A DNA stretch of 64,000 nucleotides from Flectonema sp. DT1601 (taxonomy: Eukaryota). Below, piece by piece: positions 15,001 through 21,890 of this stretch. Numbering within the stretch: the first letter of the stretch is position 1; the number at the start of each line of letters is the position of its first letter. The position numbers were made by a program, and so were the translations under genes. The notes under the pieces were generated by a model. That model made no database searches, was not told the origin of the DNA, and saw only the letters and a list, made by a program, of their open reading frames with translations. The stretch is taken from assembly GCA_964019425.1 (NCBI GenBank), contig OZ025789.1, forward strand, positions 62,001 through 126,000, given 5' to 3'.

Positions 15001-18000
15001 AGAACGTGCTGTCTGTGCGATGGCGATCCCTGGAACACGTGCACTGCATCCTCCAACGCCTTTGCCATGTAGGTTACCGACCCCATGTAGTTCGTCTCGT
15101 GCCAGTCCAGGTCGACGTCCAGCTCGCTGAGTTTCCCACTGAGCTCTCCATCAGTGCACGTACCTTTGGGAACAGGATCCCTGCACTTCCTGCTCCGTGT
15201 GCACCCCTGGTTGTTGTTCTTGCACACCCAGTACTCGTCAGTTCTCGAGAACTGCACGAACGCGAGACGGAAGGTTCCTCCGACCACCGTCGATCCCTTC
15301 CCGACCGTGTGATCCTCCCCCGTCAGCGGAAGGGTCTGCATCCAGTCGCGCAGCATCTCCACCATTCCAAAGTATCCGTGAGGGTGCTTCCCAAAAGTTC
15401 CGCTCATCGAGCCAGATCCGTCCAGCACGAACACTACGTCCAGGTCGGGACAAGCCGACACGTGCACATCCCTGCACTTCGGGCTGGCCGTTGAATCCCA
15501 GTAGCAGTTCGGTTGCTTCGTGCACTCGCAGTTCTTCAGGAAATCGCTGCACTTCGCCGTCTCACAGTAGTCTCCTTTGGAGTCTGTTCCCTTCTTGCAG
15601 TTCGGGTCGCTCTCGCAGCTATCCGCCACCTTGCTCGCAGGCGGGTAGTTCGCGTTGTGCGCCACCGTGCAAACCGTCGGTTGGCACGATGCAGGCGCCG
15701 TTGTGGTGTTCCAGTGGCAGCGCGGGTCGTGGTCACAACCAACAATGTCGTTTCCGAAGCTTGGGCAGTAGTCTGTCACGCACGGAGTCGTTCCGTCCCA
15801 CACACAAAGCGGATCCTGGTTGCAATTGTTCTGGTTCGTATGCACCTTGCACTTGTCTACTTCGCACTGATTGCTTTTGGTGTTCCACTTGCAGTTCTCG
15901 CACCCAGCTGCGTCGCAAGGCTGCTGGGCAGTGTACGAACACAGTTTCTCTGAACAAGCTCCGTTCTTCCATTCACAATTCGAGTCCACTCCGCAAGTCC
16001 CCGGGGTCGTGTACTGACACCGGCTGTCACGGCACTCAGTTGGCAACGAGCAGTTGTACACACACTGCGGGTCCGCGAGGCAGTCTGCTTGCGACTTCCC
16101 ATCACACGTCGGGACCTGCAAGCACACAGGTGGGTCAACTCCCGTGTCCCACAAGCATTCCGTCTTGTTCAGGCACGCTTCTCTCACGAACACAGCGGCG
16201 CACGGCTTCTTCGAACAATCCCTAGTGTTGTCGTCCCACACGCACAGCGAGTCCGCGTCTCCCTCGCAGTTGGTCTTGTCGGTGTGCTCGCACACTTTCC
16301 TCGTGCACTCCTTCGGCGTTCCCGACCACGCGCATGCAGGGTCCTTGTCACAGCAATCCTTCTCGCAGCAGTCCTTGCAGTGCGTCGTTCCGCAGGTCCC
16401 GTCGATCGCTGACACCACTCCAGCACCGCAGATGACCGTTGCCCGCTGCAGCTTGCAGTTCGCACACCGGTACAGCCCCGTGTACTGGCTCGGAACCGCT
16501 TGGCAATTCAACTCAGGACATCCGGTCGGCGAGTCGCAAGTGCGGAGCTTCGGCTGCTTCCACTCACAGTACTTGTCGGCGTTGCACTCGTCTTTGAATC
16601 CCCATGTTGCGCATGGGAAGTGCGTGCTGTCCACAGGTGGGATGAGAGACCTTCCAATCGGACTCGACGGGTCGCAGAAGACGTTCAGCAGTTGGCTCGG
16701 AATCTCATCGAGCTGCAGGTTCAAGAAATGATCGTCCTTCGGGTCCGTAACCAGCGGCTTCAATCTCAGTTCCGCGTAGTCGTCCTGGTGGGTTCTCTTG
16801 GTGAACCTCCGCATAACCACACCAAATACCACCACTTTCTCCCGACGGAGGTCCTGCTGCGCCTTGTTGAGCATCCCAGGGTAGGTCGGCTGCCAGTTCT
16901 GGTCGCATCCGAACGGACACTGGTTACACGAGTTCCCGGAGCTGCACGCGTCTCCATTGATGTCCGTCAGCCCTCCATCGGCGATGATCACTACAATCTG
17001 CTTCCTGCCTGGCGGCGAAACCAAGAATGTGTGGTCGGCCACGTCCTGGAGTGCGTCGTGGATGTAGGTCCAGTGACGCTGGTAGTTCGCCTCGTGCCAG
17101 TCGATATCCCCCATCAGCTCCTGCAGGTTACCAGACAGCAAACCGTCAGTGCACTGCCCGATCGCGCAATTCGTCGGGTGGTCTTCATCGGGGCGAGCGT
17201 TCGCCTTCGAGAACTGGATGAATGTGATACGGAAGGTTCCTCCCTTCACACTCGATTGGGCCCCCACCGTGTGGTCCTCCCCCGTCAACGGCAAGGTCTT
17301 CACCCAGTCACGAAGCATCTCGAGAAGAGCGGTGTATCCGTGGGCGTGGCGTCCGAACGACCTCCACATCGATCCCGAACCGTCGATTATGAAGGCGACA
17401 TCCAGGTCCGGGCACTGAGCCAGCGAAGGGATCGCGCAGTGCGGGTTTTTCGGGTCCGTAGCAACCCACGTGCAGTCGGGGTCCTCGCTACACTTACACT
17501 CGTCCTTCGGGTTGTTGTACTTGTCGCACGTCTTCACAGCACAGTACGCAGGGTTCGCCTTCGTTTGCCACATGCACTTGTCGTCGTTCAGGCACGCCGT
17601 GTTCGAGTATCCTCCGCACGGGGTTTGTGTGCACACCGGCGGAGTACCTGTCGTGTCCCAGTGACACGCCGTGTCCGCGTTACACGAAACGTCATCCGGA
17701 TGCTTCACGCAAGGCCTCTCCACACATTTGTCCAGCGCCGTGTCCCATTCACACTTGCCGTCGGCATTGCAGGTCGGGGCACTCACGTACAGGCAGATCT
17801 TCTCCGCGCAGTACTCAATCAGCGTCGACGGAGGACCGGCTGGTGGAGGAGTCTGTACCGGAACCCACTCGCATCCGTCTTCGGCATTGCAGGTTCCCTC
17901 CTTGGTGTGCAGACACTTTTTCGGATAGCACTTCGGGCTCTTGCTCGGGTCGTACTCGCACACGCTCAGGAAACAGTAGTCTGGATCCCCAGCTGGCGGG

Positions 18001-20519
18001 CTACACGGCGCCCCCATCTGAACCGACACCGCTTCGCACGGCTGCTCGTCCTCGTGCACTCGGCAAGGGTTGTCGATGCACGTGTCCGTCGCCCACATCG
18101 CATCCCACAAGCAGTTGTCGTTAGCTTTGCAGTCCACCTGGTTCTTCCCAGTGCATCCCGGTTCCTCCCGCTTGCAGTTCCCGTTGTCCCACTTGCATCC
18201 TGGGTGGGCCTTGCAGTCAGTCTCTGAACACAAAGGGTAGCAATCTGACTGAGTGCACGACGGCGAGATCGAAGAATCCCACTTGCAGTCCAAGTCAGCC
18301 ATACAATCCGTCTCGCTTCCCTTCGACGCGCATCCTAACGGCACCGTCACCGTATTGACGGCAATTCCCCTTCCAAAAACGCTTTTCGGATCGCAAATCT
18401 GGTCCAGCACCTGTTCCTTGAAGTGGTCGAGGTCAACGTTGAGGAAGTGCTCATCCTGCGGGTCAGACACTAACGGCTTCAGCTTCGCCTCCGCCCGAAG
18501 GTCCTGTCTCGTGTGTCCGGTCGCTTTCCTCACAACGATACCGAAAATCTGCGCATTGTATTTCGTTTTCAAGTCGTCCTCCGCCGCCCGTACGTCGCTG
18601 TCCTGATCGTGTAGAGCCCCATCAGTGATGATCATCACAATCTTCTTCCTCGTCGAACCGTCGCGTCCGAAAATCGAATCCACCTCCCGCAACGCGGGTT
18701 CCAAGATCGTCTTCCCTTGACTCCATCTCCTGCAGAAAAAGTTCTCGTGGAAGGTCACGTCCTTGGAAAGGGCGGCGTAGTTTCCGGACAAAGGAGCTCC
18801 TCCTCCAGTCGTTCCCGAAACAGGCACCCAAGCCTTGCAGTTCACGAACCCGGCAGGCGGCGTGTCTTGCGCCGTCTGCGAATCCCCAGGCTTCCCGAAC
18901 TGCACCATCGACGCGCGAATTCCGTACGTAGAGGTCGACGACGGTGCCAACTCCGCCGCGTGCAGGAAGTCCCTCATCTCCTCCATCATTCCGTAAAACC
19001 CGACCGCGTGTGACCCGAACCTCGCGCTCATCGAACCAGACCCGTCGAGCAGGAAGGCGATGTCCACAGGCGGACACTGAACCTTCGGGTCCACACAGTG
19101 GGTGTTCGCTGAATCCCAAACACAGTCAGGTGACGCAGCCAAACAGTCGCACTTGTCGGCGATGTCGCTGCACTCGCGCTTCTGGCACTGCGTCCCAGCC
19201 GCGTTGTTCGCGTTCCAGTAGCAAGGTCCGAGGCTGTCCGCGTTGCATGCGTCCTTCGCCTTGTGCGTCGTCGGACAGTACGCGTCCACACACTCCGCCG
19301 GCGATTTCGTCAGGTCCCAGTCACAGAGCAGGTTCGTTTCACAGCTTCCCTCGTTGTCGTACACGTGGCACCCGTCCTCCACGCACTCCGCAGGGTTCTT
19401 GCTGTCGTCCCACTTGCACGATCCCGCTGGCTGGTGGGCATCACACGCACCGATGTTGTTATACACATGGCACCCGGCAATCAGTACCTGGGTTCCGAAC
19501 ACGTCATCCGGGTTCATGCACAGGTCTCCAACTCCTCCCCACTCGCAAACGAATCCCTCGATGTGGTCGTGTCCGTTCGGGTAGTCGTTCCACTTACCGC
19601 TGGCGTAGTAGTGTCCGTAGTCTTCTCCGGTGGTATCGCAAGTTCCCGGACACGGTCTCGAGTATTCGTTCGGTTCTCCAGATTGCCAGTTTGTGTACGC
19701 ACCGTTCGCAACCACGAATCCAGATCCTCTTCCCCTTCCGATCAGCTGACCCTTCCCACAGTCTACCCCGCTGCACGGTGTCTTAGATCCGGGAAGCGGG
19801 TATCCGAGGTCGCACGCCGAACGCTGCGGTCCAGTCACCCCAAGGTTGTACGGTGGGCAACCCTCTGGTCCAGTCAGCCACCTCCATTCTCCCTCCTTCG
19901 CAACGTCACCGCTTCCGATCCATCCCTCCCCGTGAAGCTTCTCAGAGGCAACCCTTTCTTCCTGCGCGTCGGTGATGGTCACCAGGTAACCCACCAACCC
20001 GAGGATGTCCTGGCTCTCCAAAGCGCACTCCGCTTGTCCCTGGTCCCAGTGGCATTTTCCGGACCTCCCTTGGCTGTCCCGGCAGTTCCCCTTGGCGCTC
20101 GAGTAGTATTCGTAGAAGTGTCCGGTTACCGTCGAGTACATCGCATGTCCGAAGTTGTAAGTCACACGTCGGGAAGCCCCATTTCCCGATGATGTCCTAA
20201 ACTGAATTGACGATAAGGCCGCGGCATATTCGGCGATCGTAGCTGACCCAGAGAGAGTCATGATACCAGTGCTCACATCAAAGTTAGCGCTGATTCCTCC
20301 AGTGCACGCGGTGCACGTCAAGGTGTCGGCTCCCCTAACGTATCCCTCCTCAATGTCCATCACAGCTCCAGAGATCGAGGTGCTACAATCACATGTGGCA
20401 GATGTGAATGTAATTTGACTGCAATCGACATCAGGGAAAGGTGTCATTAGCACTCCCTGTTCATATTTCAATCCACTGCTCACTCCCAACAGTCCTAACA
20501 ACGCAATGAGCTGCCTCAT
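1..20519 (-). CDS. Second copy of the giant vWA/C-type lectin surface protein ('copy 1'); N-terminal ~6,839 codons, truncated by the window edge
   Basis: Matches 38776-59294 at a constant 38,775-bp offset. ATG at 20519. The differences I found are point substitutions only, with no frameshift or stop. Absent from the ORF track, presumably because it has no stop codon inside the window. Contains vWA domains 1-9 and all three lectin modules. Confidence 0.93.
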   Translation of the reverse strand, partial: MRQLIALLGLLGVSSGLKYEQGVLMTPFPDVDCSQITFTSATCDCSTSISGAVMDIEEGYVRGADTLTCTACTGGISANFDVSTGIMTLSGSATIAEYAAALSSIQFRTSSGNGASRRVTYNFGHAMYSTVTGHFYEYYSSAKGNCRDSQGRSGKCHWDQGQAECALESQDILGLVGYLVTITDAQEERVASEKLHGEGWIGSGDVAKEGEWRWLTGPEGCPPYNLGVTGPQRSACDLGYPLPGSKTPCSGVDCGKGQLIGRGRGSGFVVANGAYTNWQSGEPNEYSRPCPGTCDTTGEDYGHYYASGKWNDYPNGHDHIEGFVCEWGGVGDLCMNPDDVFGTQVLIAGCHVYNNIGACDAHQPAGSCKWDDSKNPAECVEDGCHVYDNEGSCETNLLCDWDLTKSPAECVDAYCPTTHKAKDACNADSLGPCYWNANNAAGTQCQKRECSDIADKCDCLAASPDCVWDSANTHCVDPKVQCPPVDIAFLLDGSGSMSARFGSHAVGFYGMMEEMRDFLHAAELAPSSTSTYGIRASMVQFGKPGDSQTAQDTPPAGFVNCKAWVPVSGTTGGGAPLSGNYAALSKDVTFHENFFCRRWSQGKTILEPALREVDSIFGRDGSTRKKIVMIITDGALHDQDSDVRAAEDDLKTKYNAQIFGIVVRKATGHTRQDLRAEAKLKPLVSDPQDEHFLNVDLDHFKEQVLDQICDPKSVFGRGIAVNTVTVPLGCASKGSETDCMADLDCKWDSSISPSCTQSDCYPLCSETDCKAHPGCKWDNGNCKREEPGCTGKNQVDCKANDNCLWDAMWATDTCIDNPCRVHEDEQPCEAVSVQMGAPCSPPAGDPDYCFLSVCEYDPSKSPKCYPKKCLHTKEGTCNAEDGCEWVPVQTPPPAGPPSTLIEYCAEKICLYVSAPTCNADGKCEWDTALDKCVERPCVKHPDDVSCNADTACHWDTTGTPPVCTQTPCGGYSNTACLNDDKCMWQTKANPAYCAVKTCDKYNNPKDECKCSEDPDCTWVATDPKNPHCAIPSLAQCPDLDVAFIIDGSGSMWRSFGRHAHGYTALLEMLRDWVKTLPLTGEDHTVGAQSSVKGGTFRITFIQFSKANARPDEDHPTNCAIGQCTDGLLSGNLQELMGDIDWHEANYQRHWTYIHDALQDVADHTFLVSPPGRKQIVVIIADGGLTDINGDACSSGNSCNQCPFGCDQNWQPTYPGMLNKAQQDLRREKVVVFGVVMRRFTKRTHQDDYAELRLKPLVTDPKDDHFLNLQLDEIPSQLLNVFCDPSSPIGRSLIPPVDSTHFPCATWGFKDECNADKYCEWKQPKLRTCDSPTGCPELNCQAVPSQYTGLYRCANCKLQRATVICGAGVVSAIDGTCGTTHCKDCCEKDCCDKDPACAWSGTPKECTRKVCEHTDKTNCEGDADSLCVWDDNTRDCSKKPCAAVFVREACLNKTECLWDTGVDPPVCLQVPTCDGKSQADCLADPQCVYNCSLPTECRDSRCQYTTPGTCGVDSNCEWKNGACSEKLCSYTAQQPCDAAGCENCKWNTKSNQCEVDKCKVHTNQNNCNQDPLCVWDGTTPCVTDYCPSFGNDIVGCDHDPRCHWNTTTAPASCQPTVCTVAHNANYPPASKVADSCESDPNCKKGTDSKGDYCETAKCSDFLKNCECTKQPNCYWDSTASPKCRDVHVSACPDLDVVFVLDGSGSMSGTFGKHPHGYFGMVEMLRDWMQTLPLTGEDHTVGKGSTVVGGTFRLAFVQFSRTDEYWVCKNNNQGCTRSRKCRDPVPKGTCTDGELSGKLSELDVDLDWHETNYMGSVTYMAKALEDAVHVFQGSPSHRQHVLIVITDGAMNPKEPQSSVEIPRIRQNLDAMDVITFGVVVRKSAAHTKDDLDAEKTLKPITSDPHDDHFVNVPLDDMLEEVFKDFCDPAGRFGAAIQAHQNQGGGSTTPPATGASVPCSKWGVKLECRADQACDWQDQVPQKCAAADGCLNLNCLELSATQKASGFVCENCMLAGGSVTCTAGARNTANGMCVTTECEKHCLKPECDRATGCFWDQDKCQREVCEYPKQQDCVQDDLCDWNTTKVPAECDPKKCQHFAPGPCNADDKCKWDYSTGTCNPTVPDCTQTKDEQKCLADPSGLCDWDCVSDSCINKVCQFTDQGSCENSRDPECEWGDGANPLCHKKRCTGTIQAECLADTACNWDGAACAETKCYKHADEVTCSRDTDCDWDAVGCGLCVEKYCFDKHTGKDSCNTDQKGLCRWDDAANKCVDKLCSDYNKPALFDAKDMVCLCTEDPRCIVDRSVSPIVCVDQKYSSCPDLDVVVSFDASCSMDKTFGRHPSGFDALMEVMRDWVQKVPLTGEDSTKGISSDVKGGKLRVAFNSWDTGVRVAQCPTCSCNPKNGVTKGDGIPTLSIIPGTTPAVADTCGKLTGDRSQLLGDLDWYEGEALRCKTKVKEAEEWAGEIFKESPAHRQKVLLIITDGRIMDKDELGPAGRVLAAEGVKVFGILLRRRASATARDMANLVTLKEIVSNPKETHALSLQVDEALSIMDGFCDPNSPFGTYITQGSSTPQVTTCSQIGALVSCDAEKTCQWNSISLKCEDHPCFSHCEEKNCTTDPTNKCLWSATSECEKAVCKDFQNQPDCKSNKCQWDQAKDPACFEPECDATTEDACVNLGEKCMWDTSLRPPDCVKTPCYYNKTECVADPACTWDDVCADPVDQKCVPKRCTLDSHKNQAGCQADIYCVWSQQLSCEPAPCVNYPDEKCCDHDDSCHWDVSQAPAVCKQKYCPSTYPTTAHVDPCNGDGLCMWNSTKNECVDKVCNKMEECACKKDPDCFWSGVKCADKKYGECPVMDIILLLDGSGSMSRNFGRHPHGFYALVEILRDWVKTLPLTGEPAASPTPGGPLTGGVRLGFVQFSGKNRGWPWPWSRGSSNAIETRGNTGTGGHLSGLESEINDDLDWHENNYLGKGTMIQLGLEMVGDMFDRSHKVSSRKRILIIVTDGKIYDPDVLAPARQVLNQEQVQTFGIVLRRQSGHTKADTDAEKTLKPITSDPHDDHFQNLQIDEVASQVFADICDPNGVWGHLIVSSTNAPGQSGLHKPCDHYTDTHDCTQDAGCVWDTASTACADSPCTAHCDNPTCTADTVNLCAWNSTTGDCWKKTECAYTTIAECVKSPEKCVWDNVKDPKCQKEKCTPNTNIQDCLDDPDSCEWINVRGKDQCVEKKCRHPDKTTCETDPNCAWSADACNGTRSSCKEVLCKHTNAGECTADSRCSWDATGVVGSCKENLCAKYLDERCCDHKDACKWDITVTPPVCGDKKCPKIGVKDTCNNETDCMWDDAKRTCRDLDCSKYPTRCPCDKNSKCYWKPGAGLNGQGQCVAIEFGECPTLDIGVILDGSGSMASTFGSHPHGFYALVEMMRDWVGKLPLNGEDASVGLNSAANNGGVRVAFVQFSGKNYRRSQAKTASGARTTNGRLSGVLGELDADLDFHENNYYKKGTMIEKALVMAGDIFHGSPVDGRQRVLFIFTDGRIYDEQSLAPARAELDREGVQTFGIVVRKKDQHTKADLDAEKTLKPITSDPHDEHFRNIMIDDIPDLIGSICDPNGPWGHLIAKDPPKPTTGVHHPCPDYVTETPCSQDAGCVWSDVGGLCVNSPCLMHCLEPDCRNDKGNNCTWNSQNATCSKAEDPTCPCKFVTNDPQYNEQQCNADARCTWESNKCIYDECKTKGVGCTAVGQSCSDPNKDPCSPDDYVCDCIPPTTIFPSGAQPSQLPANCRLDECVATCPTCANDTCTSVGQTCNDPNPTMTHHSDWTCTCPPPSTGKATAAAADCKIDECVVQQDTCKNQTCLDPNMNAASKGDWMCICPPPSNKTNVGGRADCKVDECTLHGDICANVGQRCVDPNFNQQGDWKCECLPPTNGTMTAGPAICLLDECEKDCPTCEKDVCKTATTGEQKCHDPDKTASSTGDWTCECIPPMTGLGHAAPAHCNIDECLKVCATCANDTCSSQNQTCHDPNHDATSLSDWVCKCPPPATDIAIAAAATPCEDDECHDPKNEKVCTAAGQVCVDDDKKTRGTWECVCVVPPAVAAVRGQQVPAHCEYPGECNTDDDAKKKCTDLGFVCDDPNPMVDGNWVCMCAPPAIGTNVTLGTPTDCLLDECVVTCPTCAQTDTSPTNVCSAEGQLCVDNKQSHTDLGDWTCECVPPQVGTPAVAAPAKCQLDECVAVCSTCAQTQQGGSHTCTSVGQTCEDPNKSVDSVSDWMCTCVDPGRGVATAKQADCVCDECRNNTICLVAGQTCFDSVKTCPPQKDFKCECPPPTSGVMTGAPVATCEVDECVENGATCRAVGQTCRDPNAAKLHDWECMCPPPSVGIAITQQAKCVLDECVQTCPTCAGSTCSDAGQECEDPKMTLQSTNDWLCKCPPPSSNVATGKPAKCEEDECDTNGFKCTVDCRAGSLDCQQTCFDPNTSVNSTDDWRCVCPPPSSDFSIAKAAECTNDPCKHDNEQTCLSDPEGCEWKDLPTPGCSRKPCLHDKQSDCAADPMCDWSSGSGAVGNLANQMTYEKDVAVKPFEGLTCQTPGSWKNGCSCTTTIGSNVLPGATVDIEDGYLSGKDTLTCVACKSLGLTAEWHAVSGMLTISTGTADELAKAVASIEFSTSADNSGKRRITWNYGHGFYSSHTGSFYHFYPKSTCAGGACTWSDAQEQCASDSNQILGLRGYLITITSEVEDEVARMKLEGQGWMGASDVGEEGTWSWVTGPEGAAGGCQYSSTSSSCNLASEKGLPFGSGTGGNFAPAVDPNTGRDMYGNWANNEPNDFRGPCPGSCVKDGEDFGHFLWPSGEWNDYPGDHQRIDGYICEWGGIGEMCADVSDATGVTDLVAGVCVEKACVNDTETDCKANPKCSWVGGNVEPCVVAPCVEIPNEKECDKDPVCHWDVTVSPSLCTEKICNKNKDPTTCNVKDDCVWDDGANRCVDKVCDPFERCDCKAEPKCFWDTSSGSGKCVENRYGQCPTLDVVLLLDGSGSMSQNFGRHPNGFYAMMEMIRDWVKTLPLTGESHQVGANSTAPNGGMRMGVIQFSGIPISGGTAVDKAAIKSPIGVGSFGSLTGKLTELQSDIDYHEANYLQAGTYINQGLGWAGDMFRASPAGRKRVLIIITDGAIKDDDKLASARATLNQESVEVFGVVLRRQATHTSVDTLAEEKLKPITSDPHDDHFENLMIDELPTTVLNGLCDPNSKWGALLLPGAAAQNQSGVHKPCPQYVDQVLCTADAGCVFSSIGLECVDSPCVEHCNETRCTADTLNDCYWNASVAGLEGCWKNPLCSYQDDVTCEKDQKCDWNQTKRDCEERICNQQTEAECDLDPNGCEWDGLQQMCVEKPCKHTNSSACNSDALCEWDGCDGVTDGAQCIKKRCAAAPGAPALTEQACNSDQHCEWKSNACGLKQCTVHSDERCCDKDSSCHWDVSLTPAQCSVKHCATMNQDKPACNTDPLCTFNDSSTECVDKVCKDLDRCDCLAETKCFWNSLAPTPFCTETKFGQCPTLDLVLLLDGSGSMSAPFGRHPHGFYGLMEMLRDWMKTLPLNGEKADVGLNSAANTGEVRVGLIQFSGKNKNGPSSGRADAKGTPPGTGTETRLSGDFDELSADVDWHEANYYSRGTMIQKGLQMSADMFHQSPNDGRQRVLIIITDGRIYDPNTLQQARSELDTEQVKVFGVVVRRSAQHTKADLDAEETLKPITSNPHDAHFQNLQIDEVPEKVLGDICDPNGVFGSLVLGQAAQQGSGGANPASGGVHQPCPQHLRQAGCLADPGCVWFDNSLSCGDSPCLHHCEEKNCTADAANGCMWANGTICVREPKTGCEIYTGKPEDCKKQKDCQVDKDGSTCVDKKCNRDNEQGCLADPDDCVWNNLNQECTETPCKETEEGPCVASQDGCVWQTTIPLNSTVSAYARGQPMVPFPTVSCTVSGKCSCSDTVKGAAVDVEEGYVKGKDVLACDQCAGLGFEAEWHDVPGVLYLKSTTAKTMAEYAAAIATVTFTTTSDAGSPRKITWNYGHGFLSSATGHYYHYFSKTECQNVDPTASECHWGQAQAECESADNMILGLRGYLITITSEEEDQVAKMKLEGQGWMGAADKNDEGRWGWVVGPEGLDGGCTYAADQSGCDLTSQVGLVIGSGSGGSFVAATDANTGKPMYTNWEAGEPNNYKGACPGSCATEGENYAHFRWPSGEWNDFPGDHQRIDGYICEWGGVGELCVDPKDASGRVEVTAGTCVEEKCKADRKDPCVADPYCEWKDNNNNTNSTGCVQKKCTEYMTEIQCDRIEDCHWNPSISPAMCVEKPCAKLRDEPTCEADSDCAWDKDRTKCIEKDCNKLEKCDCVEDEKCYWKALASQPQQGSCVKVTYGECPTLDVVMILDGSGSMSQNFGRHPHGFYALMEMVRDWVKTLPLSGEKAVVGSNSGAGSEKLRVALVQFSGHPEHFTFGDIVNSVAFPPVGVGAGGRLTGDLAELSADVDWHEANYLEAGTYIEKALVRAGSIFKSSSPVDGRKRVLIIITDGKIQDDDKLAQAKNDLDGMDVQTFGIVVRRTNQLTQNDIDAETSLKPITSDPHDDHFLNLMIDEVPDKALNGICDPNGPWGHLIVDQAAIAAQTQAQQAGVHRPCPNYGNKVPCSSDVGCKWSDVLIACLDSPCVKHCTQEQCANSTGDCNWNSTVLECFNKEVCPGISDPNACDQNDKCSWNATGNKCIDTPCLHPDEPSCIADSTFDCTWDTVNGSCIETRCTQVDKTSCNQEAGCEWDEACGEGTCVGVPCQHADETECSKDVLCQWSQQSLTCSRKACAVYPDEKCCNHKD

Positions 20520-20731
20520 CTTCAAATCTGAAGACAATATATTCCTACTGCGTGTGTCTTATATTGAGTTGTGAGGCTCTTCTGTTGATGTTTTATATGT
20601 GCGTATAATGAACTATATTTATTTATTTATTTATATTTCCGTATAATCTGGTAGGTGGGGAGGGAAAATAAAGTGATTCTTGTTGTGGAACACGATTGCA
20701 AAATTAAATACCGCTGGAGGCCACGTGAACA
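1..20731. repeat. Near-perfect direct segmental duplication, left copy (partner 38776-59506)
   Basis: Same sequence and same shadow-ORF pattern at +38,775. Identity ends after ...ggaggccacgtgaaca (20731 / 59506). Confidence 0.97.
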
Positions 20732-20795
20732 AATAAATCGATAATACGAAAATTGAAGAAAATAAGACTGCAAGAAATAAAAAAACAACTGAAAG

Positions 20796-20856
20796 CTGAA
20801 GTCGTTGCATTCATATATTTCAGAAGAGAGAGGAAGAGAATAAGAAGAAGAAGACT
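20796..20856 (-). promoter_or_regulatory. Putative polypyrimidine tract + CAG (candidate trans-splice/3' processing signal) upstream of copy 1
   Basis: The plus-strand (GAA/GA)-rich run is TCTTCTTC...CTCTCTCTTC on the coding strand, followed by ...gacttCAG 277 nt before the ATG. A homologous element is present at 63223-63312. Confidence 0.4.
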
Positions 20857-21174
20857 GTCAGATATATCGAATTAACGATTCCGGTTACAAAACTACATTC
20901 TGCATGAATGACGTGTTAGTTAGCCTTAATTATTATCAATCAAATGCAAAAAATCGTTAAGGCAACAAACAAATAATGGTTGGGTCAAGAAGTTAGTTAA
21001 TTAGAACAAAACTGACGACTACGAGGGGTCCGGGTAGCCCGCAGTAAGAACCCAATCGCGAAGATTGTAGTTTTATACATAACTGCGTCGGATATGTTTA
21101 TATTGAGAACAAGTACTCTCATAAAGTAGATCGTTGTTTTTTTTTAAGTGAAAATTTTCACATAGGTACAGTAA

Positions 21175-21655
21175 AACAATAAAAAATGCAAGCCCTAACA
21201 CAAAGGGGAACGTGAAGGAGGGGTACCTGCCAAAGTACTTACTTTTAGTCATTGGGAACACATCATATTTCCAGTAAGCTGCTTATCAGAATGTTTGCCG
21301 ACACCGATTTGAGCCTCATGTGGACAACGTGATGATGACTTTTTTTTCCCTCCAAACATTAGTCCGCTTTCACTTAGCACTGCATTTCATGGAATAGAAA
21401 AAAGAAAAGCAGACAATAGAAACAAGGTACATGCCATACTTTTGAAAATAACAAAATCAAATAAATTGAAAAATAAAGATGGATTGCAGAACCCCTAATT
21501 CAGCGATTCATAATCCGATTTCATAAAAGAAAACACGGCATCATCGATGGAAGCCGCGCCACTGACTGTTGCACATTGGGATTTGAGATATTCCTTTCAT
21601 ATGTTATACGACAATACAATGTGAACAAAACGTGGTAAACAACAAAGGGAGGGCA
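21175..21655. repeat. 3' flank/UTR block of the giant gene, repeated at 63481-63975
   Basis: aacaataaaaaatgcaagccctaacac...ggtaaacaacaaa is shared at high identity, with a few indels. Confidence 0.95.
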
Positions 21656-21890
21656 GAGGGGGCGGGGATAATTTGATACTAGAATGATATCTTGGTGGGG
21701 AGGGTTGAAGAAAGGGGGAGTAGGGAGGGAATCATGTTTCCACTTCCGTAAAACTACAATATAATATAAAACCGTTTTTTTTTGTTTTTGTTTTTTACGA
21801 ATTGGCAACTTTAATAAAAACAAGATCAAGATATGGAAATCACAAAAAAAGTTGTTTCGTTTCTTTCGTTTCATTTGATCCTCAAAAACC

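Noticed and set aside
21073..21261. Small hydrophobic ORF (MTKSKYFGRYPSFTFPFVLGLAFFIV), also at 63349-63567
   Set aside because: Shared only because the flank is duplicated. The two versions diverge completely at the homology breakpoint, and the hydrophobicity follows from T-rich sequence.
21280..21345. C/D snoRNA-like boxes (GTGATGA, CTGA) in the conserved flank
   Set aside because: The boxes are not on the same strand with suitable spacing, and no terminal stem is evident.
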